This document shows positions 1 to 13,493 of a stretch of 64,000 nt of DNA, piece by piece (the stretch's first letter is position 1; each line of letters opens with the position of its first letter). The DNA comes from Eledone cirrhosa (lineage: Eukaryota): positions 226,796,001 to 226,860,000 of the forward strand of contig OZ024742.1 in assembly GCA_964016885.1 (NCBI GenBank). The letters are read 5' to 3'. Below the pieces are notes generated by a model that was given only the letters and a program-made list of their open reading frames with translations, was not told the origin of the DNA and did not search any database. The position numbers and the translations under genes are program-made.

Positions 1-233
1 GCATCCCACACCAATTATATATATATATACAAACAAACCGAGCATTATAATAAATGTTCAGTAAACCGATACGTGCATATATATATGTGTGCATGTGTGT
101 ATATATATACATACTACTGTACGTCGGTATACATATATGTATGTACGTATACATACATGCATACTTACATTTAGGTAAGTGCCGTGAAATTTCGTTTCAT
201 TCTATTCCATATATATATATATATATATATATA

Positions 234-363
234 TGAAAAAAGAAAAAGAATGACTTCACTTATAGTTCTAAACAATTTGATTTAATTTTATAATATTATA
301 ATATTATAAAATTAAATCAAATAGTTTAGAACTACAAGTGAGGTCATTCTTTTCCCTTTTTCA
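234..363. repeat. Imperfect palindrome abutting (TA)n
   Basis: aagaatgacttcacttatagttctaaac..tttgatttaattttataat pairs with attataaaattaaatcaaa..gtttagaactacaagtgaggtcattctt. Confidence 0.8.
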
Positions 364-471
364 AATATACCTATATCGAGGATTTCACACATTTATATAT
401 ATAGTGTAAGTAGTACGATGAAATAATGATGTTGGTGCCAAATCATATAGACGAAACTTACTTGTTTTTTC

Positions 472-527
<56 letters not shown>

Positions 528-918
528 TTAGGGTAAATATTGATGCAATTCAATTCAAGCACTCAACGTACTTATTCCACATAGGAGTGACGGAGTAAAT
601 ATCGAATAAAGAAAAGCGAAGTACTTTCAGATGTTAAGTCTTTTAATAATAATTGTTTCTACGTTAGGCACAAGGCCAGCAAATACTCAGTGTATTACTG
701 GTACTTTATTTTATCGACCCCGTAAGGATGAAAGGCAAAGTTAACTTCGGCGGGATTTGAACTCAGAATGGCAAGGGCCGTAACTCTATGCGCCAAAGCA
801 TGGCATTTAATAATAATGCTGTGATATATATTTCAATGACGACAGTGGCCACACTGTTCTGTGTGCCATGTCGATTCAATTTGGATTGCCTCGGAAACAT
901 AACCTTATTATGTAACAA

Positions 919-992
919 GCTGTCTGACGATGTCGCGACACTGGCACACAGAACAGTGTGGCCACTGTCGTCATTGAAATATATATCACAGC
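919..992 (+). ncRNA. Type I hammerhead ribozyme
   Basis: Stem I GCTGT/ACAGC; core CTGACGA 924-930; long stem II; GAAA 976-979; palindromic TATATA; UC cleavage site 986-987. Confidence 0.8.
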
Positions 993-1001
993 ATTATTAT
1001 T

Positions 1002-1183
1002 GTGGATTGGCAGTATCGGTAGAGGGTCAGACGCCATGCTTTGCAAGCAAAGAGTTACGACCCTTTATTGTTTGAGTTCAAATCCCGCCGAGGTTAACTT
1101 TGCATTTCGTCCTTATGGGGTCGATAAAATAAAGTACCAGTAATACACTGGGAAATTGCTGGCCTTGTGCCAAAAGTAGAAAC
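1002..1183 (+). mobile_element. tRNA-derived SINE, family 1
   Basis: A-box-like TGGCAGTATCGG, B-box GAGTTCAAATCC, conserved core TTTGC.TTTC.TCCTTA.GGGGTCGATAAAATAAAGTACCAG, ATT tail. Other copies: 653-804(-), 19845-20016, 22458-22640(-), 25970-26250(-), 59970-60070(-), 63213-63435. Confidence 0.85.
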
Positions 1184-1231
1184 AATTATTATTAAAAGAC
1201 TTGAACATCTGAAACTACTTCGCTTTTCCTT

Positions 1232-1354
<123 letters not shown>

Positions 1355-1409
1355 GCTCTGATACCATCAACACTATAAACACAGAGCTGGCATATCTAAG
1401 AACTGACTA

Positions 1410-1465
1410 ACTGCCTGATGAGGTCATAGCCATTCAATGGCTATCATCGAAATATATATAGCAGT
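1410..1465 (+). ncRNA. Type I hammerhead ribozyme
   Basis: Stem I ACTGC/GCAGT; CTGATGA 1415-1421; stem II ATAGCCAT/ATGGCTAT; GAAA 1449-1452; TATATA; UA site 1459-1460; AATAAA directly downstream. Confidence 0.8.
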
Positions 1466-1507
1466 AAATAAAGGATTATGAGTTCATGCAATTGACTTAT
1501 GTTTCGT

Positions 1508-1542
<35 letters not shown>

Positions 1543-1550
<8 letters not shown>

Positions 1551-2502
1551 GTGTATTGAGTTCAAATCTCAAGCATTCCTTTACAATGAAAATAGCTCAA
1601 AGAAAAGAATATTTCTGCGCCGTGTAATAAATATAAATTAATATAAATTAATATATATGATGAAACACAAATACCAACATATCTGTGTTTATATTGCAAA
1701 AGGAATTAAGTTAGCTAGAATGAAATATACTAATTATAATATTACAGCCTGCCTATATCGATTCAAAATAATAAATCAACACAAACAAACAGTATTGGCA
1801 AATGGCCATGGTGTTTAGACAAATTTAAATTTCAAAATCAAACCTGTTCCGTAGATAAGTTTAAACTTTAAAATCCAAATATGTTTCGAGATAAATAAGT
1901 GTAAGGATATCTTGTCCAGCTCTCTTTAGTAAACACCCAGAACAAATTGATATGCTTCACTTCATTACACGGCTCAGAAATATTCTTTTCTTTGAGCTAT
2001 TTTCATTGTAAAGGAATGCTTGAGATTTGAACTCAATACACTTAATATAATTGCTCCTTAGGTTGAGCTGATAGTAGCCCCATATATACGGCTGTTATTT
2101 CTAGCAGTACGCGTATGAGGCTGGCTAGAAACTGTAAAACCATGTGCGTTAAACAGTCTTTTAAAATATTTAGAAGTGAAGCATATCAATTTGTTCTGGG
2201 TGTTTACTGAAGAGAGCTGGACAAGATATCCTTACACTTATTTATCTCGAAACATATTTTGATTTTAAAGTTTAAACTTATCTACGGAACAGGTTTGATT
2301 TTGAAATTTAAATTTGTCTAAACACCATGGCCATTTGCCAATACTGTTTGTTTGTGTTGATTTATTATTTTGAATCGATATAGGCAGGCTGTAATATTAT
2401 AATTAGTATATTTCATTCTAGCTAACTTAATTTCTTTTGCAATATAAACACAGATATGTTGGTATTTGTGTTTCATCATACATATTAATTTATATTAATT
2501 TA
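1543..2502. repeat. Interleaved inverted duplication A-B-A'-C-B'
   Basis: A 1543-1628 is the reverse complement of 1964-2049; B 1634-1963 is the reverse complement of 2173-2502; only a few substitutions. Confidence 0.9.
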
Positions 2503-2558
2503 AATGTAAGTATGTATGTATACGTACATACATATATGTATACAGACGTACAGTAGCA

Positions 2559-2594
<36 letters not shown>

Positions 2595-2868
2595 CAGGTA
2601 CACATATATATATGTACGTATCAGTTTAGCGGACGTTTATTATAACGCCCGCTTTGTCCGTTTGTAAACAAGCGGACAGCCTGATTTATGCCGTACGGTG
2701 TTAAGGCAACCACCATCGTTCCTGTGTCAGTGTTGAACAAAAAGGTGACGTGGTTGCCTTAACACCGTACGGCATAAATCAGGCTGTCCGCTTGTTTACA
2801 AACGGACAAAGCGGGCGTTATAATAAACGTCCGCTAAACTGATACGTACATATATATATGTGTACCTG

Positions 2869-2934
<66 letters not shown>

Positions 2935-2992
2935 TGCTACTGTACGTCTGTATACATATATGTATGTACGTATACATACTTACTTACATTTA
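2501..2992. repeat. Long palindrome (arms 2501-2713 and 2750-2992, 36-nt spacer)
   Basis: Arms are near-perfect reverse complements apart from the length of the internal (TA)n; a diverged copy of the right arm lies at about 30-205. Confidence 0.9.
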
Positions 2993-3054
2993 AGTAAGTG
3001 CCGTACTAAGAGTGAGAAATGAAATTTCGTTTCATTATATTACAACTTATATTA

Positions 3055-3101
<47 letters not shown>

Positions 3102-3102
<1 letters not shown>

Positions 3103-3296
3103 GATGATATTAAATAAATGGAAACTATATTTATAAAACCATATTTATTCTATTATATATATTTCAAGGGTACCAAGACACATTGATACACTTTCATCAG
3201 ATAAAAGTGTATCAATGTGTCTTGGTACCCTTGAAATATATATAATAGAATAAATATGGTTTTATAAATATAGTTTCCATTTATTTAATATCATCG
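3102..3296. repeat. Near-perfect palindrome (arms about 92 bp)
   Basis: cgatgatattaaat...gatacacttt / aaagtgtatc...atttaatatcatcg. Confidence 0.9.
3148..3206 (-). ncRNA. Type I hammerhead ribozyme at the centre of a 195-bp palindrome
   Basis: Minus strand reads TTTTAT-CTGATGA-AAGTGTATCAA..TTGGTACCCTT-GAAA-TATATA-TA-ATAGAA; stems I and II both pair. Confidence 0.75.
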
Positions 3297-3386
3297 AATA
3301 TTTACTCCAGTAAACTGTTGAGTGCTCTAAATCAGTTATAAACATTTATATTTGTCGGATTTCCAACAAATTAAATACCCCTTCTA

Positions 3387-3436
<50 letters not shown>

Positions 3437-3441
<5 letters not shown>

Positions 3442-3573
3442 GTGGTTACACAACATTTAGTTCACCATACCGAGAACAATTGTTTCACCTTAGCGGATCC
3501 TCAGCTCGATGATCCGCTAAGGTGAAACAATTGTTCCCGGTATGGTGAACTAACTGTTGTGTAACCACTTCTA
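3437..3573. repeat. Palindrome (arms about 63 bp)
   Basis: tagaagtggttacacaaca...ttagcggatc / gatccgctaa...tgttgtgtaaccacttcta. Confidence 0.9.
3470..3509 (-). ncRNA. Minimal type I hammerhead ribozyme
   Basis: Minus strand reads CGAG-CTGAGGA-tccgctaaggt-GAAA-CAATTG-TT-CTCG; palindromic stem III, weak stem II. Confidence 0.6.
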
Positions 3574-4596
3574 CCTAACTCGTCCTATGGATTGAGTGCT
3601 CTACCACTACGGATATTACCTTCCAGTGTTCTACCACTATATATATATATATAAGCACATTGATTTGTAGCAATCTTTTGCCTTATTTGTGTAATTTGCT
3701 GAAACGTACAATTTGTCTTGTCTCCCTCTCTTGTTCTGTTATCATCCTATCTGCAGTGAAATGAATAGTCTTAACTTTAATTTACCGAAACTATAAGAGT
3801 TTCCAGGAAATGTCAACCCCACCCTTTTTTAAAATTCCTGTTCGATATTGACTTAAAAAATAGATATTACACTTCCCGCACTATCTTCCTATCTTTCTTC
3901 CTTTCTCCTACCCTTTTCTTTCTTTCACTCTCCCTTCCTCCCATATCTACCTACACTTTTTCCCCGCTTCCTGTATTTTAGGTTGTTTACACGGCTTCAT
4001 TTCTCTTTATCGCTGGACGAGTTGCTACTTGTCCTGTGCTCCTTCGTTGGGCTGCAGTCCAAACTACTTTTTTTTCCTTTCTTCTTGGCTAAGGTACTGC
4101 GCACCGTATTTCTATCTCTTCCTTTTCAGTTGAAGCATATTGGTTTGTAGCATTTTTAAATGGGGAAGAGACTTTCTTTGTGTAATTCGCCGAAAGACAC
4201 AATTTGTCCCATGTCTCCCTGTTTTGTCCTCTTACCGTCCCATGTGTACCGCAATTAATAGTCTCAAGTAAAGTTGAGATTATGCATCGAAACTGATGTG
4301 AAGGGACTGTCTGTCTCCCGTTGCCCCCCCCCCCCCCCCCGCTGTTTTAATCTTGTGAACACCCTTTCTTGATTCCTATACATTTATATACTGCTGTTTT
4401 AATATCAATGTTAGGTTGTATTTTATTACCGCAATCAACGAAATTTGGTGTAATCTCCCTTAAGCACTCCACGTCAGTAGTACCCATCTAAGTAAGATTT
4501 GCCATCAGGTAGACCAGTATCCGTTTGAATATTGGTATGTTAGTAAATATGAAAACACGTTTTTACATTTCCATACTTCAATTTATTAAATAAGAA

Positions 4597-4657
4597 CCGT
4601 TATGTACATTCAGAGGCATTAGACAAAATTACGTAAGTCTAATACATCATCAGACGG
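4597..4657 (-). ncRNA. Degenerate type I hammerhead ribozyme
   Basis: Minus strand reads CCGT-CTGATGA-tgtattagac..gtctaatgc..-GAA-TGTACA-TA-ACGG, with one A of GAAA missing. An inverted half-copy GAAATGTACATAACGG lies at 4728-4743. Confidence 0.6.
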
Positions 4658-4809
4658 GAATTAATAAGGTATGTTATATGCAGGTTCTGGGACATGAATT
4701 AACCCAAAATTCTTGTCTAACCCTTTTGAAATGTACATAACGGTCGTTAATAGATTGAAGTAAGGAAATGTAGAACCATGTCTTCACATTTACTAACACA
4801 CACACACAT

Positions 4810-4879
<70 letters not shown>

Positions 4880-4963
4880 ATAATAATAAATTTGAAGACT
4901 AAAATCCAAAGAGGGCTCGATAAGGATAAATATATATAAGAACCGTAGAGCAAATATCTGTTA

Positions 4964-5120
<157 letters not shown>

Positions 5121-5139
5121 ATATATATATATATATATG

Positions 5140-5291
<152 letters not shown>

Positions 5292-5876
5292 GAATTGACA
5301 AAGTCGTTAGAGCGCCAATTAAATAGCTTAATAGCTCGGTATTTGTTCCGGCTCTCTGTGTTCTGAGTTCAAATCCCGCAAATATCAACTTTACCTTTCA
5401 TCAGGGTAGATAATTAAAGGTTGGTGTATCGGCGGCGTATTGCAGTATCTGACTCTATGTGTTCCTAGTTCAAATCCTACCTCTTTCTGTTATTGATTAG
5501 TATTAACAATGAAATCGTTGTTCCCTTGGTCCGATCTGACGACCAGCTTCTTTTCTGTGTTTAAAAAAAAATATTATACTAGTACTACATTGACCCTGCT
5601 TTTCTCTCTTCCCCATTTTCCCTTCCCTCTCTCCCCTTTCTTTCCCTTATCTCGCTACTCTTTCTCCCACTTTCTCTCTCTCGCTCTCTCTCTTTCTCTC
5701 TCTCTCTCTCATGAAAGGTTTATAAGCGTTATATATATATATCATATAGTCTGCCGAGTGTGTGTGTGTGTGTATATATATGTATATGTGTGTGTATCTT
5801 TCTCTGTGTATATATATTTATTAAAATAACAGATTTAATTTTAGGCAAATTTATTATTATTACTGTATATATATAT

Positions 5877-5964
<88 letters not shown>

Positions 5965-6699
5965 GTGAGTTTGTCTGTCTATCTGTTTTGTAATTTTCTT
6001 CAATGAAATAAATTAGAAGTATAATATATCACCAATTCGATTTATCTAAATTGATTAACGATCAATTGGACAATGCCGAGTTGAAATGATTGGTTTTTAT
6101 CTCATACTATTGTAGCTCTGATTAATATATATTATATTTCATTTCATTTTGTTTTAACAGAAACGCCATTTTCTTCTGTCTTCTACTTTATTTCCGGTTT
6201 GTTTGTCAGCCATATTGTCGAGCTGTCCGTTGATCTTTTATTTTTTGGCGGAAATCTTATTTTTATCTTTCCCTTTCATGTCTTTTGTTTCTAGAACTTA
6301 CCTTTGTTTTTAGACATTATATATATTATCGTTGTAATCACTGAAAACTAAAACTTCTTTTCAATTCAGTGCAAGAAATAAATGAACCCCCGTCAGTTTC
6401 GACGATGAGTATTCCAGCTGTTCGGTCAGTGGAACAGCCTACTCGATAAATTAATGCGTAAGGTGCTGAGTATGTCACAAGTGCGTATCGTTGTTGGACC
6501 TCCGTCGGTTTCGACGATGAGTGTTCCAGTTGTTCGGTCAATGGGGTGGACAATGCGTTCAATTAACGTGACTCCGTATTTCATAGACACGTGTATTCTT
6601 AACGTAATTTCTAAGCCAAATCAGTGTGACACTATGTCATGAGCTTAGATCATTATACTACAGGTACATGATTACACGGCCTGCTGTCAAATTCATTCC

Positions 6700-6955
6700 A
6701 TACTCCAACCCCCACCTCTCTCTAAATCATATCATATTCCGCCTCTCACACCAATCCCTTCCCTCTCTAAATCATATCATGCTCCACCTCCCACATCAAC
6801 CTCTTCTCTCTCCAATCATACCATATTTTGCCCCCCCCCCCCCCCCCCCCCATTAACCTCCCCCTCTCTAAATCATACCATACTTCGCCTCTCCCATTAC
6901 ACCCCCCCTCTCTCTCTCTCTCTCCAACCATACCATACTTCGCTTCTCACACCAA
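6700..6955. repeat. Degenerate C-rich minisatellite
   Basis: Recurring CTCTCTAAATCATA.CATA.T.CGCCTC.CAC. Confidence 0.75.
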
Positions 6956-7472
6956 CTACCTTACGCTGCGAAAACGAAGGAGTATCTACGTGGTCCATGA
7001 CTTGCTAGAAACAACAATCAAAATTCGCTCAAAATCACACTTTACCGTCATAGCTAAGGCCACGTTAGGTAATATGTCCCTCAGTCATTTGCACAAATGA
7101 AAAAAAAAGAAATGATGATCACAGCTGAAACATCATAAATAACATTCCAGTCTTGACCATCACGGGCTTCTAGACAGTTTCTGTTGGGCCAATTACTCTC
7201 ACAAGGCTTAGGTTGTCGTGAGCCTATGGTAAAGGACATTTGCTCCATGATGCCACTCGGAACATCATGTCTGTGAAACAAATTATGTAACTATTTGGCC
7301 ATTTTGATTCTAGCCATACAGTAGAGAAAAATTACCATTTAGTTGATAGTTGAGTTTCAGATCCAGGTTCATTGTAGTTCTTTAACTGATCAGCCGTATA
7401 TGACTAGCTAGAAGCTAAGCAGATTAGTTGTAATATGTCCAGAAACTCAATCAGTGAAGTTTGGTTAATTAC

Positions 7473-7558
<86 letters not shown>

Positions 7559-7629
7559 AGAACCGTTTCACTTTATTTGCAATGCTGATTACCTTGTATA
7601 TTGTTTGGGCGTCGGATTAAATGCTTCGG

Positions 7630-8240
7630 TATTTAATTCCGCCCCTGTACAGTGCACTGTGCAGGCTTTCTCGGGGGTACGAATGTCTCAGTCTTCGCAG
7701 CGTCGATTTCATTCCTGCCATGCAGCACTCAGCAGCAAACCTATTCAGTGAATATCGAAGATCACCTTCCCGCGAGTAAAGTAAGACTATGCCGTCTATA
7801 TACATCAACCGACTGATCCTATGACGGTTTTGATACCACCTCCAACTGGGCTGCACGTGTCAATCCTGTTCATGAAGATTATGAACAGGAGATATGACAA
7901 TGCGCACCTTCGGCGGAATCCGACACCCACATTGAATGGTTTCAATTTAGTACCATTAATCCGAACACAAATACTAGGACATTCGTATAGAGGTTTCAAG
8001 GCACAAGAAACTGTCCGTCGATCCCATATTTTGCGGTACTTTCCTCAACAAATCCCGTAGAAAGTGGTCGTGTGCCTTTTTGAAGTTCATGAAACAAGCA
8101 TATACCTCTTGGCAATACCCCCACGATTTTTCGATGACCTGCCGCAGAGTGAATATTTTGTCGTCTGGGCTACACCCGGGGTGAGAACCACACTTGTTTG
8201 GTGATACTGTGAGTACACAGGTGAAGCTCCTGAGTAACAA
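7630..8240 (-). mobile_element. Decayed LINE reverse transcriptase fragment (RTE-like)
   Basis: IFTLRQVIEKSW..VYACFMNFKKAHD; VRING..PFNVGVG..CALS.LLFIIFM; LMYIDGIVLL; frameshifted. Confidence 0.8.
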
Positions 8241-8592
8241 GACTTAGTCACAATAAAAAATATTATTAAACTTTACTTCGGTATCCCTCAACAGCACACG
8301 GATATATATCTATTTTACGTGATAGTTTTAGTTAAATCGCCGAAACCACAGGTGGTCTAAAAGCTGACGAAAGTATTTAATTGTTTGTGTGATCTTCTCT
8401 CGTCCATTCCTTTTCCTATCATCTCAGCGGGTCAACACACCTCTAACCGCTGATTTCTATCGTTTGAGGTAAATTTTACCCGATGCCATCATTGACGGCA
8501 TTTTGCTGTTTTAACAACTTCCTTGTGTTGAGTTTTTCCCATTATTCTACGAATTCTAATACACTCGCGCTTCAAACTCGATATTCGAGATA

Positions 8593-8652
<60 letters not shown>

Positions 8653-8682
8653 TATCTCGAATATCGAGTTTATATATATATA

Positions 8683-8779
<97 letters not shown>

Positions 8780-8802
8780 TAATATATATATATATATGTA
8801 TG

Positions 8803-9225
<423 letters not shown>

Positions 9226-9391
9226 CGAAGATTTAATATACAAAAGGCTTCTACAGGAATAGAACTTTTTATATCTGATGATTTTATACGAAAGAAACAG
9301 TTCTATTCCTGTAGAAGCATGTTATATATTAAATCCTCCTTGTTCTCACTCTACTTATGTATTGAGTGTATATATATATATATATATATAT

Positions 9392-10684
<1,293 letters not shown>

Positions 10685-11336
10685 CGTCCGTGCGTGTGTG
10701 TGTGACCTGTTTAGCTTGCTTCGTTTTTTGGCTCCGGTGGCTGATAGCTTCACGACCGCCGTTTCCAGTTTGTCTGGCCCCTATAACGTAAGTTAATTGC
10801 TCTTAGTCCATTGAGCGCTTGCTGCATATCTCGAAAATTGCGTTTCGCTTTGTTTTTGACCACAGCCGAAATACGATCTCGCTGAAATTATATTTATATA
10901 CATACATACATACATACATACATACATGGTGGCTGTGAACTCGTTTTCGAGTACGGCCACTACTTTATATCCATGTAGGAGAACCTATGCGCTGAACGAG
11001 TGTGACTTTTTAGTCCAGCCAGCGACTTGAAAACTCTGGTACAAACACTACACTTGTGACAATTATTGACACATAGTGCTGGGCCCATTGTACCCTGTGA
11101 TGACAAGTGCAGAGAGATCTCCAGATATAAACCAATGCTTGTGCCGTGAAGCTTTTATAGTGAGCAAAGGCACTGCACAAAGCCAGTCCCACTCTCTTAA
11201 CCAAGATGATATTTACCAAAAAGAAGAACAAGTCAACATCATTGGATACCATCAGGGTTGCAGGTGTTATATCAGAGTTTTCCGTCTTCTAGAATTCTGC
11301 CTTGACAAAGGCTAAGGGTTCATCTGTCCCGGATAC

Positions 11337-11370
<34 letters not shown>

Positions 11371-11597
11371 CCTACCGATGTAACATGATTGTCATCTACA
11401 GAATTATGTAATAGTTATATAATTCTGCAGATGACACATGATGAGATCGCCTTGTCTTGCATCATAATCGGGTGATGGAGCTGGGCCATCGAAATATGTA
11501 TAGAAATTTCGCGGAATTAAAATTGTAAGGCAAATTTTCCAGTCCGGCATGCTGTTGTTGTTTTAATGTGTGTGTGTATACACACACACACACACAC

Positions 11598-11641
<44 letters not shown>

Positions 11642-11680
11642 CGGAGGCCATATTCAGTTGATTCAGGTTTATTTAAATCT

Positions 11681-11738
11681 CCGTTATACATATTTCACTG
11701 AGGACTATCAATTATGATAGCTTGAACTCTTCAGACGG
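11681..11738 (-). ncRNA. Type I hammerhead ribozyme (left arm of an inverted pair)
   Basis: Minus strand reads CCGT-CTGAAGA-..CTATCA taat TGATAG..-GAAA-TATGTA-TA-ACGG, then AATAAA. Confidence 0.7.
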
Positions 11739-11912
11739 CAAAAACCTGAAATAAACATAGAAAGTTCCTGAGAATCCTTTAAATTTGGAAAAATCTAATA
11801 ATTTCCCCGGAAAACGATTTTCTTTTCATGATACAGGAGGCCGGCCGAATGTGTGGTGTTGTTTTTTCGACGGCCGCCTTTCAGGAACTTTCTATATTTA
11901 TTTTAGGTTTTG

Positions 11913-11971
11913 CCGTCTGAAGAGCTCAGGCTATCATAACTGATAGTCTTCAGCGAAATTTGTTTTAACGG
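11913..11971 (+). ncRNA. Type I hammerhead ribozyme (right arm, stem III decayed)
   Basis: CCGT-CTGAAGA-GCT..CTATCA taac TGATAG..AGC-GAAA-tttgttt-TA-ACGG. Confidence 0.6.
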
Positions 11972-12247
11972 AGATTTAAATAAACCTGAATCAACTGAAT
12001 ATGGCCTACGATCTTTTATTAATATATAATGCTCCGTCTTGTACCATTTATACAGATAGTTGAGCGCTTCTTTTTATATGCTTCACAACCGACAGACCAT
12101 ACCATGGTGTGATCCGCACATCCCTGTTCTGTTTACCTCTTACTATATATATTATAGTTGAGACAGTAAACAGAAAACAAAAAAAACAACGTGGAAGCGA
12201 AGAGACAGTACAAATGTTAATATTAGTTTCACGCTTGAGAGTGGGGG

Positions 12248-12543
<296 letters not shown>

Positions 12544-13100
12544 GTCTCATGGTCGGGTCGTTGGCGACTAAACTGGCAACCCCACCAAGGTTTCTTGGTG
12601 AGGAGGGTGACTTTGGACATCCTGCAGAACTAAAAACAAAACCTGTCAAAGGGCAAAGGAGCTCTTAAGAGTCAATGGCCATCCAAAATCACCGGGAGAG
12701 ATGACCCCTTAGCTTTTGTCAAGGCAGAATTCTAGGAGAAGGAAAACTCTGATATAACACCTGCAACCCTGATGGTATCCAATGATGTTGACTTGTTCTT
12801 CTTTTTGGTAAATATCATCTTGGTTAAGAGAGTGGGACTGGCTTTGTGCAGTGCCTTTGCTCACTATAAAAGCTTCACGGCACAGGCATTGCTTTATATC
12901 TGGAGATCTCTCTGCACTTGTCGTCACATGGTACCATGGGCCCAGCACTATGTGTCAATAATTGTCACAAGTGTAGTGTTTGTACCAGAGTTTTCAAGTC
13001 GCTGGCTGGACTAAAAAGTCACATTCGTTCAGCGCATCGGTAGGGGTTCTCCTACATGGATATAAAGTAGTGGCCGTACTCGAAAACGAGTTGGCAGCCA

Positions 13101-13169
<69 letters not shown>

Positions 13170-13374
13170 AAAATGGACAAATAGTTAAGACATTATAGTC
13201 TTATAACACTCGATTCTACTAGGTTGAGCGAAAGATTCATACTTGATTCTTTATACTTTCGAATATCAATGTTCAGGGTTCAAATCCCACCGAAATCGGT
13301 CTCTTTTCCCTTTCCTCCTCCTAACATGAAATTTAATAAATAGCCTGGAGTTGACCTTGTGTCTGCTCTAAATA

Positions 13375-13445
13375 TAGCTGCTACTGCTGCTGCTGCTACT
13401 ACTACTACTACTAGGTAGTAATAGGTGGTGGTGGTGATAGTAGTA

Positions 13446-13493
<48 letters not shown>

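Larger units (their letters stand above)
11633..12019. repeat. Tail-to-tail inverted repeat (11633-11771 and 11881-12019), Penelope-like pseudo-LTR arrangement
   Basis: Arms of about 140 bp, each with a hammerhead, starting at a (TA)n boundary. Confidence 0.75.

Noticed and set aside
1002-1090. tRNA gene-like A/B boxes
   Set aside because: SINE heads with no complete cloverleaf, continuing into the SINE core
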